Part shown: piece by piece, positions 48,635 to 58,705 of the stretch
Layout: every line of letters begins with the position of its first letter
How positions within the stretch are numbered: the first letter of the stretch is position 1
Source: an uncultured Verrucomicrobiae bacterium
GTDB lineage: Bacteria > Verrucomicrobiota > Verrucomicrobiia > Chthoniobacterales > JAATET01
NCBI GenBank assembly: GCA_963719495.1
Contig: CAVRCI010000013.1
Coordinates: 192,001 to 256,000, forward strand
DNA length: 64,000 nucleotides
Reading direction: 5' to 3'
Notes under the pieces: generated by a model
What the model was told of the DNA's origin: nothing
Seen by the model: only the letters and a program-made list of their open reading frames with translations
Databases searched by the model: none
Made by a program: the position numbers and the translations under genes

Positions 48635-50242
48635 TCACCCCCCAAATTCACGTCGGCTCGCCGCCACCAATTCCGCATACGTCTCCGACGGTCGGTCCCC
48701 CAAATGATCCTCCACCGACCGGTCCGAACCCGCCGCGTAGTCCACCGAAAACAGCCCAAACCGCGCCGTGTAGGAACCCCACTCGTAGTTATCCGTCATC
48801 GACCAATGCAAATAACCCACCACAGGACACCCCTCCCGCCGCAGCTTGGCGACCTCCGCCAAATGGATCCGCAGGAACTCGCTCCGAGTCATTGAATCCG
48901 ACCTCCGATCCGCGTCGCGATTGTCCCGCCGCCGCCGGTGCGCCATCCCATTCTCCGCGATGAGCAGCGGGCGGTCGTAAAACTTCGTGTAGTAATCGCA
49001 GAAAAAGTGCAGCCCCTCCGGCAGCATCCGCCAGTCCCACCACTTGCTCGTCATCCCATCCATCAACCAAGCCTTGAGCCCCTTGGTTTTGAACTCCAGA
49101 TCGCGGAAGTTCGGAGGCCGAAAGACGTGTCCCCCGAAAGGGTCGTAGTAATCGAGACCGATAAAATCCATCACCCGCGCCCGCTTGGAGGCCGCCAATT
49201 CATCAAGGTAGAACCGAAAATTCTCCGCCGTAAAATACCGCGGTGCCAGCCACCCAATGAACCCCGCCAGCACCCGCCCCAAAGTCACAAAAAATCCCCC
49301 CCGCAAAGGCAACCGAGCCGCCTTCAAAGCCAACCGCAAAGTCTCGTTATTTTGCGCAAAGAGCTTCGCAAGCCCCGTAGAATCGACATCCTCTCGATCA
49401 CCAACCCCGACGCGCGAAGCGCCACTCCGACCTTCGACCTTCCGACCTTCCGACCTTGGACCCTCAGCCATCACCCCGCCCGACTCCCGCAAAGTCAGCA
49501 AGTCCAGAATCACCTGATCCGACCAATACACGTCGCTGCAGAACGTGTTCGTCGTCACTTGCACGCCGCCCCATCCCTGATCCTCGTAAAGATCCTTGAT
49601 CACGTTGTAAGCCCGCACGTGCGCCGCCAGCATGCGATTGAGAACGCCCACTCCGGCCATCAAGCCCCGCTGCTTCCCTGGGAAATGCGGCGCAAGGTAG
49701 GTATTCTGGATCAGAATGTTCGGTTCGTTCAGAGTGATGATCCACCGGAGCGGCTCCGTCCCATGCTCGCCGACCAACCGAGCGTTGATCCGCTCAACGG
49801 CGACGCGCGTGTATTCCGAAAACAGCCCGACCGTCCGATCGTCCAGCCACGCGTCCACTCCCAGCCACGCCGGATGCGTGAAATGCTGCAGCGTCACCAC
49901 CGGCTCCAGCCCGCGCACCCGCGCCGCCGCGATCCGGTCCGCGTAAGCATCGATCGCCTCGAAATCGAACGCCGGAGCCTGATCCAATCGCGTCATCGAC
50001 GTCGAAGGCTGAATCCGCGGCCACTCCAACCCCAGCCGAAACGCGTTGAGACCCATGGCCCGCGCCCGGTCGAAATCCTCCTCGTAGCGCGACCAAAACT
50101 CCGCCGCCCGCCCCGTCGTCTCCACCCGCCCCGACCGCTCCGCCGCCGCCCAGTTATTCTGCGGCTCCCCGGCCCCGTTGTATCCACCCTCGCTCTGATA
50201 CCCCGAGGTCGAAACCCCCCACAAAAAATCCCTGTCGCTCAT
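48635..50242 (-). CDS. glycoside hydrolase family 1
   Basis: WGVSTSGYQSEG, TLQHFTHP.W, TLNEP (acid/base), IAENG (nucleophile), WS..DNYEW. Confidence 0.92.
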   Translation of the reverse strand: MSDRDFLWGVSTSGYQSEGGYNGAGEPQNNWAAAERSGRVETTGRAAEFWSRYEEDFDRARAMGLNAFRLGLEWPRIQPSTSMTRLDQAPAFDFEAIDAYADRIAAARVRGLEPVVTLQHFTHPAWLGVDAWLDDRTVGLFSEYTRVAVERINARLVGEHGTEPLRWIITLNEPNILIQNTYLAPHFPGKQRGLMAGVGVLNRMLAAHVRAYNVIKDLYEDQGWGGVQVTTNTFCSDVYWSDQVILDLLTLRESGGVMAEGPRSEGRKVEGRSGASRVGVGDREDVDSTGLAKLFAQNNETLRLALKAARLPLRGGFFVTLGRVLAGFIGWLAPRYFTAENFRFYLDELAASKRARVMDFIGLDYYDPFGGHVFRPPNFRDLEFKTKGLKAWLMDGMTSKWWDWRMLPEGLHFFCDYYTKFYDRPLLIAENGMAHRRRRDNRDADRRSDSMTRSEFLRIHLAEVAKLRREGCPVVGYLHWSMTDNYEWGSYTARFGLFSVDYAAGSDRSVEDHLGDRPSETYAELVAASRREFGG

Positions 50243-50760
50243 CAACCGACGGACTCTAATCCCATTCCACGTCGAGCCGCAAGCCGCCGGAAGAGCGGCA
50301 AACATTTCTTGACGGACGACTGACAGCCCAGACAAATCAGGGTCTGCGGGGACGATAAGGGTCTCCGAGTCCCCAAATCAGCGGATGGGAAAATGAACGA
50401 AGGTCATGGATTACGCTTTGTCGGTGGAGACCGCGTTTGGGGGAAGCCTTCGACGTCGATGGACTCGAGCATTTCGCCGAACGTGGCTTCCCGCACCTGA
50501 CTCCTCAGCGCCAAGTCGCGGAACAGCTACTTCTCAAAATTTTTCACGCCGAAGAGGTTCGCGAGAGCGTGCTGGCGTCAGCTTGGTGTCGAATTCTTAA
50601 CAATTCGCGGTTCGAATGCATCGCCGCCTTCGCTATTCTCCGCTCGGAAAACATCATCGGCAGTCGAATTGGCCCGATCTGTGCTCCATGCTTGAACACA
50701 GTGTCCGATGGACAGTTCCAAAGCAGCAGCAAACTACCCTACCAAAATCCGCACAAACCC

Positions 50761-51498
50761 ATGAAAAAGACACTCCTTGCCTCTACCTTCGCTCTATCTG
50801 CCGCCCTCGTCGGGCAAGCTCAGGTGCTCTTCAACGAAATCAGCGCGAGCACCACTAGTACCGATCTCGAATTCGTCGAATTTTACTCGACCATTGCTAA
50901 CGCCGACCTCTCGGGATTCACTTGGCTCCGGATTGAGAGTGGCGACACCGGTCAATTTGGCGACGTGACGAACGGAGCCAACCTTGGAACCGCCACCGGA
51001 AATCTTTTCTTTTCGAGCACCTTTGCCGGCGGTGCGCTGGAGAATGGGGCATCCACCTTCCTGCTCGTATCGAACTACACTGGAACATTCACGTCGACAG
51101 ATCTCGACACCAACGACGACGGAACCTTCGACGTGACGCCATGGGATGCGATCATTGATTCTGTTGCTATCAACATCGACAATGATGACACCGTGTTTTT
51201 CTACAGCCCTGTCATCCTCGGCCCTGGAATCGATGGCGCGACAAGCACGTTCGGTCCGGGGGGCGCGGCACTAAAGGCGGATGGCGTCGGCGGAAATGCT
51301 TCCAATTGGGTCCGTCTGGACTTCAGCCAAAACACCAACGGATCGACACCGAACACGCCGTATGCGCTTAATCCTGGGGTCGACTACGACCCGACCGGCG
51401 GTACTCTCAATGCGGTTCCCGAACCCAGCACCATTGCCATGCTCATCTTGGGAATCGGCTCTGGATTGCTCGCCCTGCGTCGCCGACGCGCAGCCTAG
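50761..51498 (+). CDS. PEP-CTERM surface protein
   Basis: Signal peptide MKKTLL..AQA; VLFNEI...EFVE (lamin-tail-like); DLDTNDDG Ca-binding-like motif; AVPEPS + TM + RRRRA. Confidence 0.9.
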   Translation: MKKTLLASTFALSAALVGQAQVLFNEISASTTSTDLEFVEFYSTIANADLSGFTWLRIESGDTGQFGDVTNGANLGTATGNLFFSSTFAGGALENGASTFLLVSNYTGTFTSTDLDTNDDGTFDVTPWDAIIDSVAINIDNDDTVFFYSPVILGPGIDGATSTFGPGGAALKADGVGGNASNWVRLDFSQNTNGSTPNTPYALNPGVDYDPTGGTLNAVPEPSTIAMLILGIGSGLLALRRRRAA

Positions 51499-51538
51499 GC
51501 CGCTTTCCATCAAGTGGCCCCTGGATGGTGAAATTCAG

Positions 51539-51574
51539 CAAACCCGGGTGAGATTCCGACTCGCCCGGGTTTTT
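51539..51574 (+). terminator. rho-independent terminator
   Basis: AAACCCGGGTGAG/CTCGCCCGGGTTT stem followed by a T-run. Confidence 0.75.
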
Positions 51575-51624
51575 GCTGCCGCGATCTAAAAAGTTCAGCT
51601 GTCGCCTAGACCAATCGACCCACC

Positions 51625-52958
51625 GGTATGAACCGAGGACATAGGTGACAGATTGACCGAGGACATGGGTGACAGTTCAGGGTGGTGAATGCCCTGGCAA
51701 AACGAGTCACCGATGGAACAGAAACAGAGATTTGTAAGTTTGCTGACGAGCGACCGGTTCACGATGGTGGAGCTGTGCGAAAGTTTCGGCATCTCGCGCA
51801 AGACGGGTCACAAGTGGAAGGCGCGATACGAGGCCCACGGGATGGGCGGACTAGAGGATTGGAGCCGGGCCCCGAAGACGGTGACGAGCAGGACAGAAGA
51901 AGCGGTGGAGCGGCTGATTGTGGCCGAAAAGCGGTTACATCCGACGTGGGGGCCGAAGAAGATCCAGCGAGTGCTCGAAGTGAAGCACGAAGTGGATCGT
52001 TTACCGGTCGTAAGCACGGTGGGAGAGGTTCTCAAGCGGCACGGGCTGGTGAAGGCGCGCAAGCGGCGAGGAGGCCTCTTCACGGTGGAACGAGGGACGC
52101 TGACGCCGCCGGAACGCTGTAACCACGTGCTCGGAGTGGACTACAAGGGATGGTTCCTGCTGGGTGACGGCGAGCGTTGCGATCCGTTGACGGTGAGCGA
52201 TCTGCACAGTCGATACCTGATGAAAGCGGAGGCGATGCCGGACATGACGGTAAAGTGGACGCAGCGCGAGTTCCGCAGTGTATTCAAGCGCTACGGGCTG
52301 CCGGAGATCATTCGCGTGGACAATGGCTCCCCGTTCGCGTCGATGGGACCAGCGGGATTGAGCAGACTGAGCGTGTGGTGGATCGGATTGGGTATCGAAG
52401 TGCAGTTCAGCCGACCTGGCTGTCCGCAGGACAACGGCTGCCACGAACGGATGCATCGCACGATGAAGGCCGAATGCTGTCAGCCGGGAAGCGCGAACCG
52501 TTGGGCCCAACAGCAACGTTTTGACCGGTGGCGCAGAGTCTTTAACGACGAGCGTCCGCACGAGGGCATCGGCATGAGGACACCGGCGCAAGCCTATCAA
52601 CCCTCCCTGCGCCGGTTGGACGAACGCATCAAACCTGCGCTCTACGAGGCAGGGGTGGAAACCAAGCGGGTGAACAAAGCAGGCTTCATCTCCTTGAATG
52701 GAAACAACTGCTTCGTCGGCGAGTCACTGATCGGCGTCGATGTGGCCGTGGAGGAATCGCCGGAGACAGGGCTGCTGGCCGTTCGATATGCCAATGTGAA
52801 GCTCGGGTGGCTGGATCGGACTCCCAACGCTCGGCTCCGGCCTACGGCCTACGCCGAGCGTTGGGAGTCGAAGCTTGCTCCCGCAAGCCATGAAAACTAA
52901 CCCTCTAAGTGTTACCTATGTGGTCGGTTTATCTGTAACCAATGTTCCCGTTCATACC
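51625..52958 (+). mobile_element. IS481-family insertion sequence
   Basis: Imperfect ~50-bp terminal IRs GGTATGAAC...GTTCATACC with duplicated subterminal ACATrGGTrACA motifs; single DDE ORF; lower GC than host. Confidence 0.88.
51689..52900 (+). CDS. IS481-family transposase (HTH + rve integrase core)
   Basis: MPW start, FGISRKTGHKW HTH, DYKG, D..SRY, RVDNGSPF, PQDNGCHERMHRT, NDERPHE. Confidence 0.93.
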   Translation: MPWQNESPMEQKQRFVSLLTSDRFTMVELCESFGISRKTGHKWKARYEAHGMGGLEDWSRAPKTVTSRTEEAVERLIVAEKRLHPTWGPKKIQRVLEVKHEVDRLPVVSTVGEVLKRHGLVKARKRRGGLFTVERGTLTPPERCNHVLGVDYKGWFLLGDGERCDPLTVSDLHSRYLMKAEAMPDMTVKWTQREFRSVFKRYGLPEIIRVDNGSPFASMGPAGLSRLSVWWIGLGIEVQFSRPGCPQDNGCHERMHRTMKAECCQPGSANRWAQQQRFDRWRRVFNDERPHEGIGMRTPAQAYQPSLRRLDERIKPALYEAGVETKRVNKAGFISLNGNNCFVGESLIGVDVAVEESPETGLLAVRYANVKLGWLDRTPNARLRPTAYAERWESKLAPASHEN

Positions 52959-52971
52959 ACCAAAGAGGGGC

Positions 52972-53007
52972 TGCACGCCGCAGGGGTCATGCACGCCGCA
53001 GGGGTCA
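52972..53007. repeat. 18-bp tandem duplication
   Basis: TGCACGCCGCAGGGGTCA twice, just outside the right IS end. Confidence 0.8.
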
Positions 53008-53048
53008 GTCCGTTCATTGGTTCAAAACCCTCTTCCCCGCTCACCGAC

Positions 53049-54050
53049 TCACAACAACTCCGCGATCTGGACCGCATTCAGCGCCGCCCCCTTGAGCACC
53101 TGGTCGCCGCAAACCCAGAAGCTCAGCGCGTTGTCCCACGCGCAATCCAGCCGGAGCCGCCCCACTTCGCAATCGTCTCTCCCGGCGACGTTTAGGGGCA
53201 TCGGGTATTCGCCCTTGCCGGGTTGATCCACCACGCGGACGCCGTCGAATCGGTCGATCACCTCCCGCGCCTCGCGGACGTTCACCGGCTTCTCGAACTC
53301 CGCCGTCACCGCCACCGAGTGCGCCCGGTAGACCGGCACCCGCACGCACGTCACCGACGCCCGAAACATCGACAAATGCAGGATCCGCCGCCCTTCGTTC
53401 TGCATTTTCATTTCTTCGCGGGTGTAACCGCTTTCGAGAAACGAATCGACCTGCGGGATCACGTTGAACGCGATCGGGTGCGCGAAAACCGACGGTGTGG
53501 GCGAATCGCCGCAACCGACTGTTGCAATTTGTTCGCGTAGCTCCCCGATCCCCTGGGCTCCGGCACCGGACACGGCCTGATAGCTCGAAGCGACCACGCG
53601 CTTCACGCGAAAGCGCTGATGCAGCGGAAAGAGCCCCATCAGCGTCACGATGGTCGTGCAATTCGGGTTCGCGATGATGCCTTGGTGATCCTTCACGTCC
53701 GCGCCGTTGATCTCGGGCACGACGAGCGGCACCCCGTCGTCCATCCGGAAGGCGGAGGAATTGTCGACCACCACCGCGCCCGCGTCCACGGCGTGACGGG
53801 CGTATTCCCTCGAAATTCCCGATCCCGCGCTGAAAAGCGCCACGTCGACTCCACGGAACGAATCCGCCGTCAATTCCTGGACCACCACATCCTCGCCGCC
53901 GAACGAAAGGGTCTTCCCTGCTGACCGCGCCGACGCCAGCAGCTTCAACTTCCCGACCGGAAACTCGCGCCGCCGCAGCACGTCGAGCATTTCGACTCCG
54001 ACCGCTCCCGTTGCTCCGACGATGGCCACGTGATATTGCTTGCTACTCAT
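53049..54050 (-). CDS. asd: aspartate-semialdehyde dehydrogenase
   Basis: VGATGAVG, DNSSAFRM, ANPNCTT, YQAVSGAG, CVRVPV..AHS, LKGAALNAVQIAE. Confidence 0.97.
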   Translation of the reverse strand: MSSKQYHVAIVGATGAVGVEMLDVLRRREFPVGKLKLLASARSAGKTLSFGGEDVVVQELTADSFRGVDVALFSAGSGISREYARHAVDAGAVVVDNSSAFRMDDGVPLVVPEINGADVKDHQGIIANPNCTTIVTLMGLFPLHQRFRVKRVVASSYQAVSGAGAQGIGELREQIATVGCGDSPTPSVFAHPIAFNVIPQVDSFLESGYTREEMKMQNEGRRILHLSMFRASVTCVRVPVYRAHSVAVTAEFEKPVNVREAREVIDRFDGVRVVDQPGKGEYPMPLNVAGRDDCEVGRLRLDCAWDNALSFWVCGDQVLKGAALNAVQIAELL

Positions 54051-54064
54051 ACCCTTGGAAAAAA

Positions 54065-54562
54065 ATGGAGCAGACCACTACCCCACAAATCCAGCCCGTC
54101 CAATCCCCATTTTTACCCGCGCTCCGAGTCTCCGTGTCCGCCCAGCGGCTCGACCTGCTCCACGGCTCCGACGCGATGCGATCCTACCCAATCTCGACTT
54201 CGAAATACGGCCTTGGTTCCGAACCCAACAGCTACCGCACTCCGCTCGGCCGCTTTCGGATCGACGAGATGATCGGCGGCGGCGCCCCGGCGGGTGCCGT
54301 TTTCGTCGGGCGGCGTCCGACCGGCGCGATCGCGCCACCCGGCGGGACCGAGGATTACGTCCTCACCCGCATTCTCTGGCTCACCGGACTCGACGACTCC
54401 AACGCAAACACCCGCTACCGATACATCTACATTCACGGCACCAATCAAGAAGACCTCATCGGATCCGCCGCCAGCCACGGCTGCGTGCGGATGCGCAACT
54501 CCGACGTCATCGATCTCTTCGACCGCGTCGCACCCGGCACTTCCGTCGAGATCGTCGCATAA
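54065..54562 (+). CDS. L,D-transpeptidase (YkuD) domain protein
   Basis: TPLG.F, IYIHGT...IG..ASHGCVRM catalytic motif; start uncertain. Confidence 0.88.
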   Translation: MEQTTTPQIQPVQSPFLPALRVSVSAQRLDLLHGSDAMRSYPISTSKYGLGSEPNSYRTPLGRFRIDEMIGGGAPAGAVFVGRRPTGAIAPPGGTEDYVLTRILWLTGLDDSNANTRYRYIYIHGTNQEDLIGSAASHGCVRMRNSDVIDLFDRVAPGTSVEIVA

Positions 54563-54635
54563 TTTCGTTGTGTCCCCCCGGGGATCTGACTAAATGCCCC
54601 CAGCATCTCGCTAAGAAAGGAGGGGAAATTATCTA

Positions 54636-54755
54636 ATGAAACTCGTTAAAATCGCAGCAGTTGTCGCCATGGCGGCAATCTCGTTCGCCATGACCGCGTG
54701 CGAAACAGCTCCGGAGCCAGCTCCGCCGCCAGTCAGCATGGGCATGTCCAAGTAA
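54636..54755 (+). CDS. 39-aa small lipoprotein (below the ORF-track cutoff)
   Basis: AAAGGAGG RBS; MKLVKIAAVVAMAAISFAMTA-C-ETAPEPAPPPVSMGMSK; terminator follows. Confidence 0.8.
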   Translation: MKLVKIAAVVAMAAISFAMTACETAPEPAPPPVSMGMSK

Positions 54756-54784
54756 TTTAATCCTCGCAAGAGGACCAACCGGGG

Positions 54785-54819
54785 CCGGGAGCGTTCGAAA
54801 GGACGCCCCCGGTTCTTTT
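54785..54819 (+). terminator. rho-independent terminator
   Basis: CCGGGAGCGTTC-GAAA-GGACGCCCCCGG followed by TTCTTTT. Confidence 0.7.
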
Positions 54820-54840
54820 GTGCCCCGCCGTCGACGAGGT

Positions 54841-54918
54841 GGGAGCGCCCGCGTCCCCGCGGGCGAGATGCGGCGTCCCGCCGCATCAACCAGGCAAGTC
54901 GAGCGAAGCGAGAGAGCC
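54841..54918 (+). repeat. dispersed double-hairpin repeat, copy 2 of 3
   Basis: Same family as 42248-42325. Confidence 0.85.
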
Positions 54919-55007
54919 GATCGCGTAAAACCTTCTCCCGCTCGCCGCAGGGGTTGCCAAGCCGCCTCTCCAGGTCCAGCCACTCGACAAGCGCCGTTTT
55001 TTCGACC

Positions 55008-55583
55008 TCACCCCGCTCCGCCCAAGACCGCCTTCCGGCTCACAAACCGACTCCCCGCCAGCGAAAATCGCCAGGGCAGCTCCGCCCCCCGCGAGATCCC
55101 GATCCGCCCGTCCGCCACCAGCTTCGGGCGCCCGACCCCAGCGTGAAAGCCGTGCGCGGGATCCGCGCACAGATCCATCCCATGCTCCGCCGGACCGATC
55201 CCGACCGCCTGCGTCAGCTTCCCCGGCCCCGAACACAGATCCTTCACCGCACCTCGACCGCGCCGCTCCGCCATCCGATCCAGACCCGCCACCGGCTCCA
55301 AAGCCCGGATGAGCACAAACCCCGTCCGTCGCCCCTTCACCAACACGTTGAGCAACCAGTGCACGCCGTAGTTCAGGTAAATGTAAGCCGTCCCCGCCAC
55401 CTCCCGCTCGACGAACGCCACCGCACTCGGCCGAAAAAACGTGTGGCACGCCGGATCCCCCACCGCATCGTAAGCCTCCGTCTCCACGATCACTCCGCGG
55501 CAATCCCCCCAAACCAACGAAGCCCCGACTAACTCCCGGGCACAAACCAGGGGCTCCCGCTCGAAAAAAGCCCGCTCGATCAC
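55008..55583 (-). CDS. DNA-3-methyladenine glycosylase (MPG/AAG family)
   Basis: IVETEAY, YIYLNYGVH..LN, VLIRALEP, SGPGKLTQA, RIGIS..PWRF. Confidence 0.93.
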   Translation of the reverse strand: MIERAFFEREPLVCARELVGASLVWGDCRGVIVETEAYDAVGDPACHTFFRPSAVAFVEREVAGTAYIYLNYGVHWLLNVLVKGRRTGFVLIRALEPVAGLDRMAERRGRGAVKDLCSGPGKLTQAVGIGPAEHGMDLCADPAHGFHAGVGRPKLVADGRIGISRGAELPWRFSLAGSRFVSRKAVLGGAG

Positions 55584-55622
55584 GAGACCAAAATCCGAAA
55601 TCCGAAATCCGAAATCACAAAT

Positions 55623-56381
55623 TCACAGCCCCGTTGGGTGGTCAAGAAACTCCCACGGCAATTCCCACCGCCGCGCCACCTCGGCCGCCAGCGCCTTCAC
55701 GCCGAAAGTCTCGGTCGCGTAGTGCCCCGCGTAGATCAGATTGACGCCAAGCTCCTCCGCCAGCGAATACGTGTGGTTCGCCCCCTCCCCCGTGACCAGC
55801 GTATCCACGCCCTCCGCCGCAACCTTGGCAATCAGCTCACCGCCACCACCCGTCACGACCCCAATCCGCCTCACCCGGTCCGGTCCACCCGGCGCGAGGT
55901 GCACCGGCGATCCCACCGCCCGCTCGACCCGGTCGATCAGGTCCTCGATCCTAAAATCGACTGCGGCCCGCAGCCCGTATTTCACGAACGGCTCCGTCTC
56001 CTCGATCCCGAGCGCCCGCGCGAGCAACGCGTTGTTTCCCAGCGTCGGATGTTGATCCAGCGGCAGGTGGGAACTGTAAACCGCCAACCCGCCCTCCATC
56101 GCGACCCGCAGCTTCCGAAACGCCGCCCCTTCCAGCCGCCGCGCCCCGCCCCACATCATCCCGTGGTGCACGATGAGCAAATCCGCCCCGGCATCCACCG
56201 CCAATTCGAACACGGCCTCGCAACCATCCACCGCCGCCGCCACCCGAGTCACCCGACCGGACGCATTCTCCAGCTGCAAGCCATTGTGCGCGTTCGGGTA
56301 ATCCTCGATCTCCGCCACGCGCAGCTCCGAGTTCATCCAATTCACGATCTCTGTCAGAGTCCCTTCCATCTCCAAGAACAT
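55623..56381 (-). CDS. Nif3-like dinuclear metal center protein
   Basis: NGLQ, HHG, HLPLD.HP..GNN, TGE, AGHYATE.FG; start may be a few codons downstream. Confidence 0.93.
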   Translation of the reverse strand: MFLEMEGTLTEIVNWMNSELRVAEIEDYPNAHNGLQLENASGRVTRVAAAVDGCEAVFELAVDAGADLLIVHHGMMWGGARRLEGAAFRKLRVAMEGGLAVYSSHLPLDQHPTLGNNALLARALGIEETEPFVKYGLRAAVDFRIEDLIDRVERAVGSPVHLAPGGPDRVRRIGVVTGGGGELIAKVAAEGVDTLVTGEGANHTYSLAEELGVNLIYAGHYATETFGVKALAAEVARRWELPWEFLDHPTGL

Positions 56382-56504
56382 GGAGAGCCAGAAAAATAAT
56401 GAAATTCATTTTCACCCCTTCCACTCCTCCCCCCCTGCACGGCCCCCCGCATCAATCCTGAAAATCCTGTCAATCCTGTCCCATTCTCCTAACTTTCCCG
56501 ACCC

Positions 56505-57623
56505 ATGTTAAAAGCCGGAATCGTCGGCCTACCCAACGTAGGCAAGTCCACCCTCTTCAACGCCCTCACGCGAACGCGCAAAGCCGCCGCGGCCAATTTT
56601 CCTTTCTGCACCATCGAGCCAAACGTCGGCATGGTCACCGTCCCCGACCCCCGACTCGACGCCCTCGCCAAGCTCTCGAACTCGGAAAAAATCCTCCCCG
56701 CCGCCATCGAGTTCGTCGACATCGCCGGCCTCGTCCGCGGCGCCTCCGAGGGTGAAGGCCTCGGCAATCAATTTCTCTCCCACATCCGCGAAGTCGACGC
56801 CATCGTTCAGGTCGTCCGCTGCTTCGACGACGAAGACATCCACCACGTCGCCGGCAGCGTCGACCCCGTCCGCGACATCGAAGTCATCAACACCGAACTC
56901 ATCCTCGCCGACATGGCGTCGCTGAATAAACAGAAGAACCGCCTCGAGAAATCCGCCCGCTCGGGCGACAAGCAGGCCAAAGCCGAGCTCGCCCTCCTCG
57001 AGCGGCTTCTCCCCCACCTCGACTCCGGCAAACCCGCCTCCGTCTTCGAACTCGAGCCCCACGAGAAGCCCACCCTCGCCGGCCTTTTCCTCCTCAGCGC
57101 CAAACCCAGCCTCTTCGCCTGCAACGTCAAGGAGGACGACCTCGCCACCGTCGAATCCGGCGAATCTCCGGCTGGCAAATTCGTCGCCGCGGTCCGCACC
57201 TACGCCCGCGAACACCTCGCCTGCGAATCCGTCGTCATCTCCGCCCAGATCGAATCCGAGCTGGCGGAACTCCCCCCCGAGGAAGCGCTGGAATTCCTCA
57301 CCGGTCTCGGCGTCACCGATTCCGGAGTCTCCCAACTCATCCGCGCCGCCTACGCTCTCCTCGGCCTCCGCACCTACCTCACCACCGGCCCGAAAGAGAC
57401 CCGCGCCTGGACGATCCACGACGGCGACAAAGCCCCCGCCGCCGCCGGCGTCATCCACAGCGACTTCGAGCGCGGCTTCATCGCCGCCGAGACCATCGCC
57501 TTCGACGACCTGATGACATTTGGCTCCCAAGCCAAAGCCCGCGAAGCCGGCAAGCTCCGCATCGAAGGCAAAGACTACACCGTCAAAGACGGCGACGTTC
57601 TCGAATTCCGCTTCAACGTCTAA
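56505..57623 (+). CDS. ychF: redox-regulated ATPase YchF
   Basis: [51 protein letters not shown] end. Confidence 0.98.
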   Translation: MLKAGIVGLPNVGKSTLFNALTRTRKAAAANFPFCTIEPNVGMVTVPDPRLDALAKLSNSEKILPAAIEFVDIAGLVRGASEGEGLGNQFLSHIREVDAIVQVVRCFDDEDIHHVAGSVDPVRDIEVINTELILADMASLNKQKNRLEKSARSGDKQAKAELALLERLLPHLDSGKPASVFELEPHEKPTLAGLFLLSAKPSLFACNVKEDDLATVESGESPAGKFVAAVRTYAREHLACESVVISAQIESELAELPPEEALEFLTGLGVTDSGVSQLIRAAYALLGLRTYLTTGPKETRAWTIHDGDKAPAAAGVIHSDFERGFIAAETIAFDDLMTFGSQAKAREAGKLRIEGKDYTVKDGDVLEFRFNV

Positions 57624-57838
57624 AGGACAGCGGGCGAAACCGCCCATCCCCCAAACTGTCAGTCTGAGGACCACGAAGGCGCAAGCGCGTCCAGAAGCCC
57701 TGGATGAGAAGGCGGTGCCAGCCGACCCCATCTGGCATGTGGAGGGCAGCCGGAGCGAAGCGGAGACAGTCGGGATACTTCCGAAAACGCTCTGCCGAGC
57801 CGTGGCTTTCTCGTTGGATTTTGCGCCACAGAAGACGA

Positions 57839-58013
57839 TGTCATTCTGAGCGAAGCGAAGAGCCATCGACAGCCTCTCACTTCGAAACTCATGAACAGAG
57901 GCAATCTCTGGCTCACACTGTTTCAGACGACTCCGCTTCCCCGGCATCCCCCCGACTCCTCCCTCCACCAAGCCCAGAGAAACCAGAGATGTTTCGCACC
58001 GCTCAAAGTGACA
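57839..58013. repeat. TGTCA-ended REP-like element related to 42344-42442
   Basis: TGTCATTCTGAGCGAAGCGAAG...CAGAGATGTTTCGCACCGCTCAAAGTGACA. Confidence 0.7.
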
Positions 58014-58108
58014 GATTTGTTCAAAATCCCACCCACCCCCGACCAGCCAAGCCCCGTCCCCCGAAACTTCCCCCCAACCGCCCTCCCAAGCACGCACGAT
58101 CTGAGACC

Positions 58109-58705
58109 ATGAGATCCCACTTTTTCCTCGCCCTCCTCAGTCTCCCCGTCCTCGCCAGCGCCCAAGTCTCACCCTCCACTTCGCTTCCAGCGTCCGGCGC
58201 GGCATCCGGCACCGTCGAGGGCGCCCGCAACCGCACGACGCAAGTCGTGCCGAACGGCTACATTTCCCAGGGCGAAAAAACCTATGTCCTCCGGGACGGC
58301 CGGGTTTTTCAGCTCAAAGAAGCCATTTCGTTGCAAATCCGACCCAACGGGACCCTCGTCAATTTCGACGGCGAAGAAACGGTAATTCCCGCCGGAATGA
58401 TGCTCACGTCGGACGGAAGGATCGTCGAAGCGCCCGACCTTCCCACGCTCTCGGACGACTCATCGGCGGTGACCTACTCGATGGATCGGTCCACCGACAG
58501 CGAGACCAAACCCATGGCGGCTGACTCCATCGAGGAGAAGCAGCCTCTCGCGGACGAGGACTCCGACTTGAACACCGGCGTCGGCCCGCAGGGATCGCAG
58601 GAAAATATCGACAACGACAACCTGAACTCAGAAACCACCGCGACCAGCGGCGTGGGCCAGGACGGCCTGAGCGGCGGAACGACGAGCACTGATGTGCCTG
58701 ACTGA
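58109..58705 (+). CDS. secreted hypothetical protein with acidic low-complexity tail
   Basis: Signal peptide MRSHFF..ASA; short beta-rich domain (IRPNGTL..DG...GMMLTSDG). Confidence 0.65.
   Translation: MRSHFFLALLSLPVLASAQVSPSTSLPASGAASGTVEGARNRTTQVVPNGYISQGEKTYVLRDGRVFQLKEAISLQIRPNGTLVNFDGEETVIPAGMMLTSDGRIVEAPDLPTLSDDSSAVTYSMDRSTDSETKPMAADSIEEKQPLADEDSDLNTGVGPQGSQENIDNDNLNSETTATSGVGQDGLSGGTTSTDVPD

Noticed and set aside
50404..50577. Possible degraded gene fragment on the minus strand (ANLFGVKNFEK*LFRDLALRSQVREATFGEMLESIDVEGFP)
   Set aside because: Protein-like but short, interrupted by stops and not assignable to a family without a search
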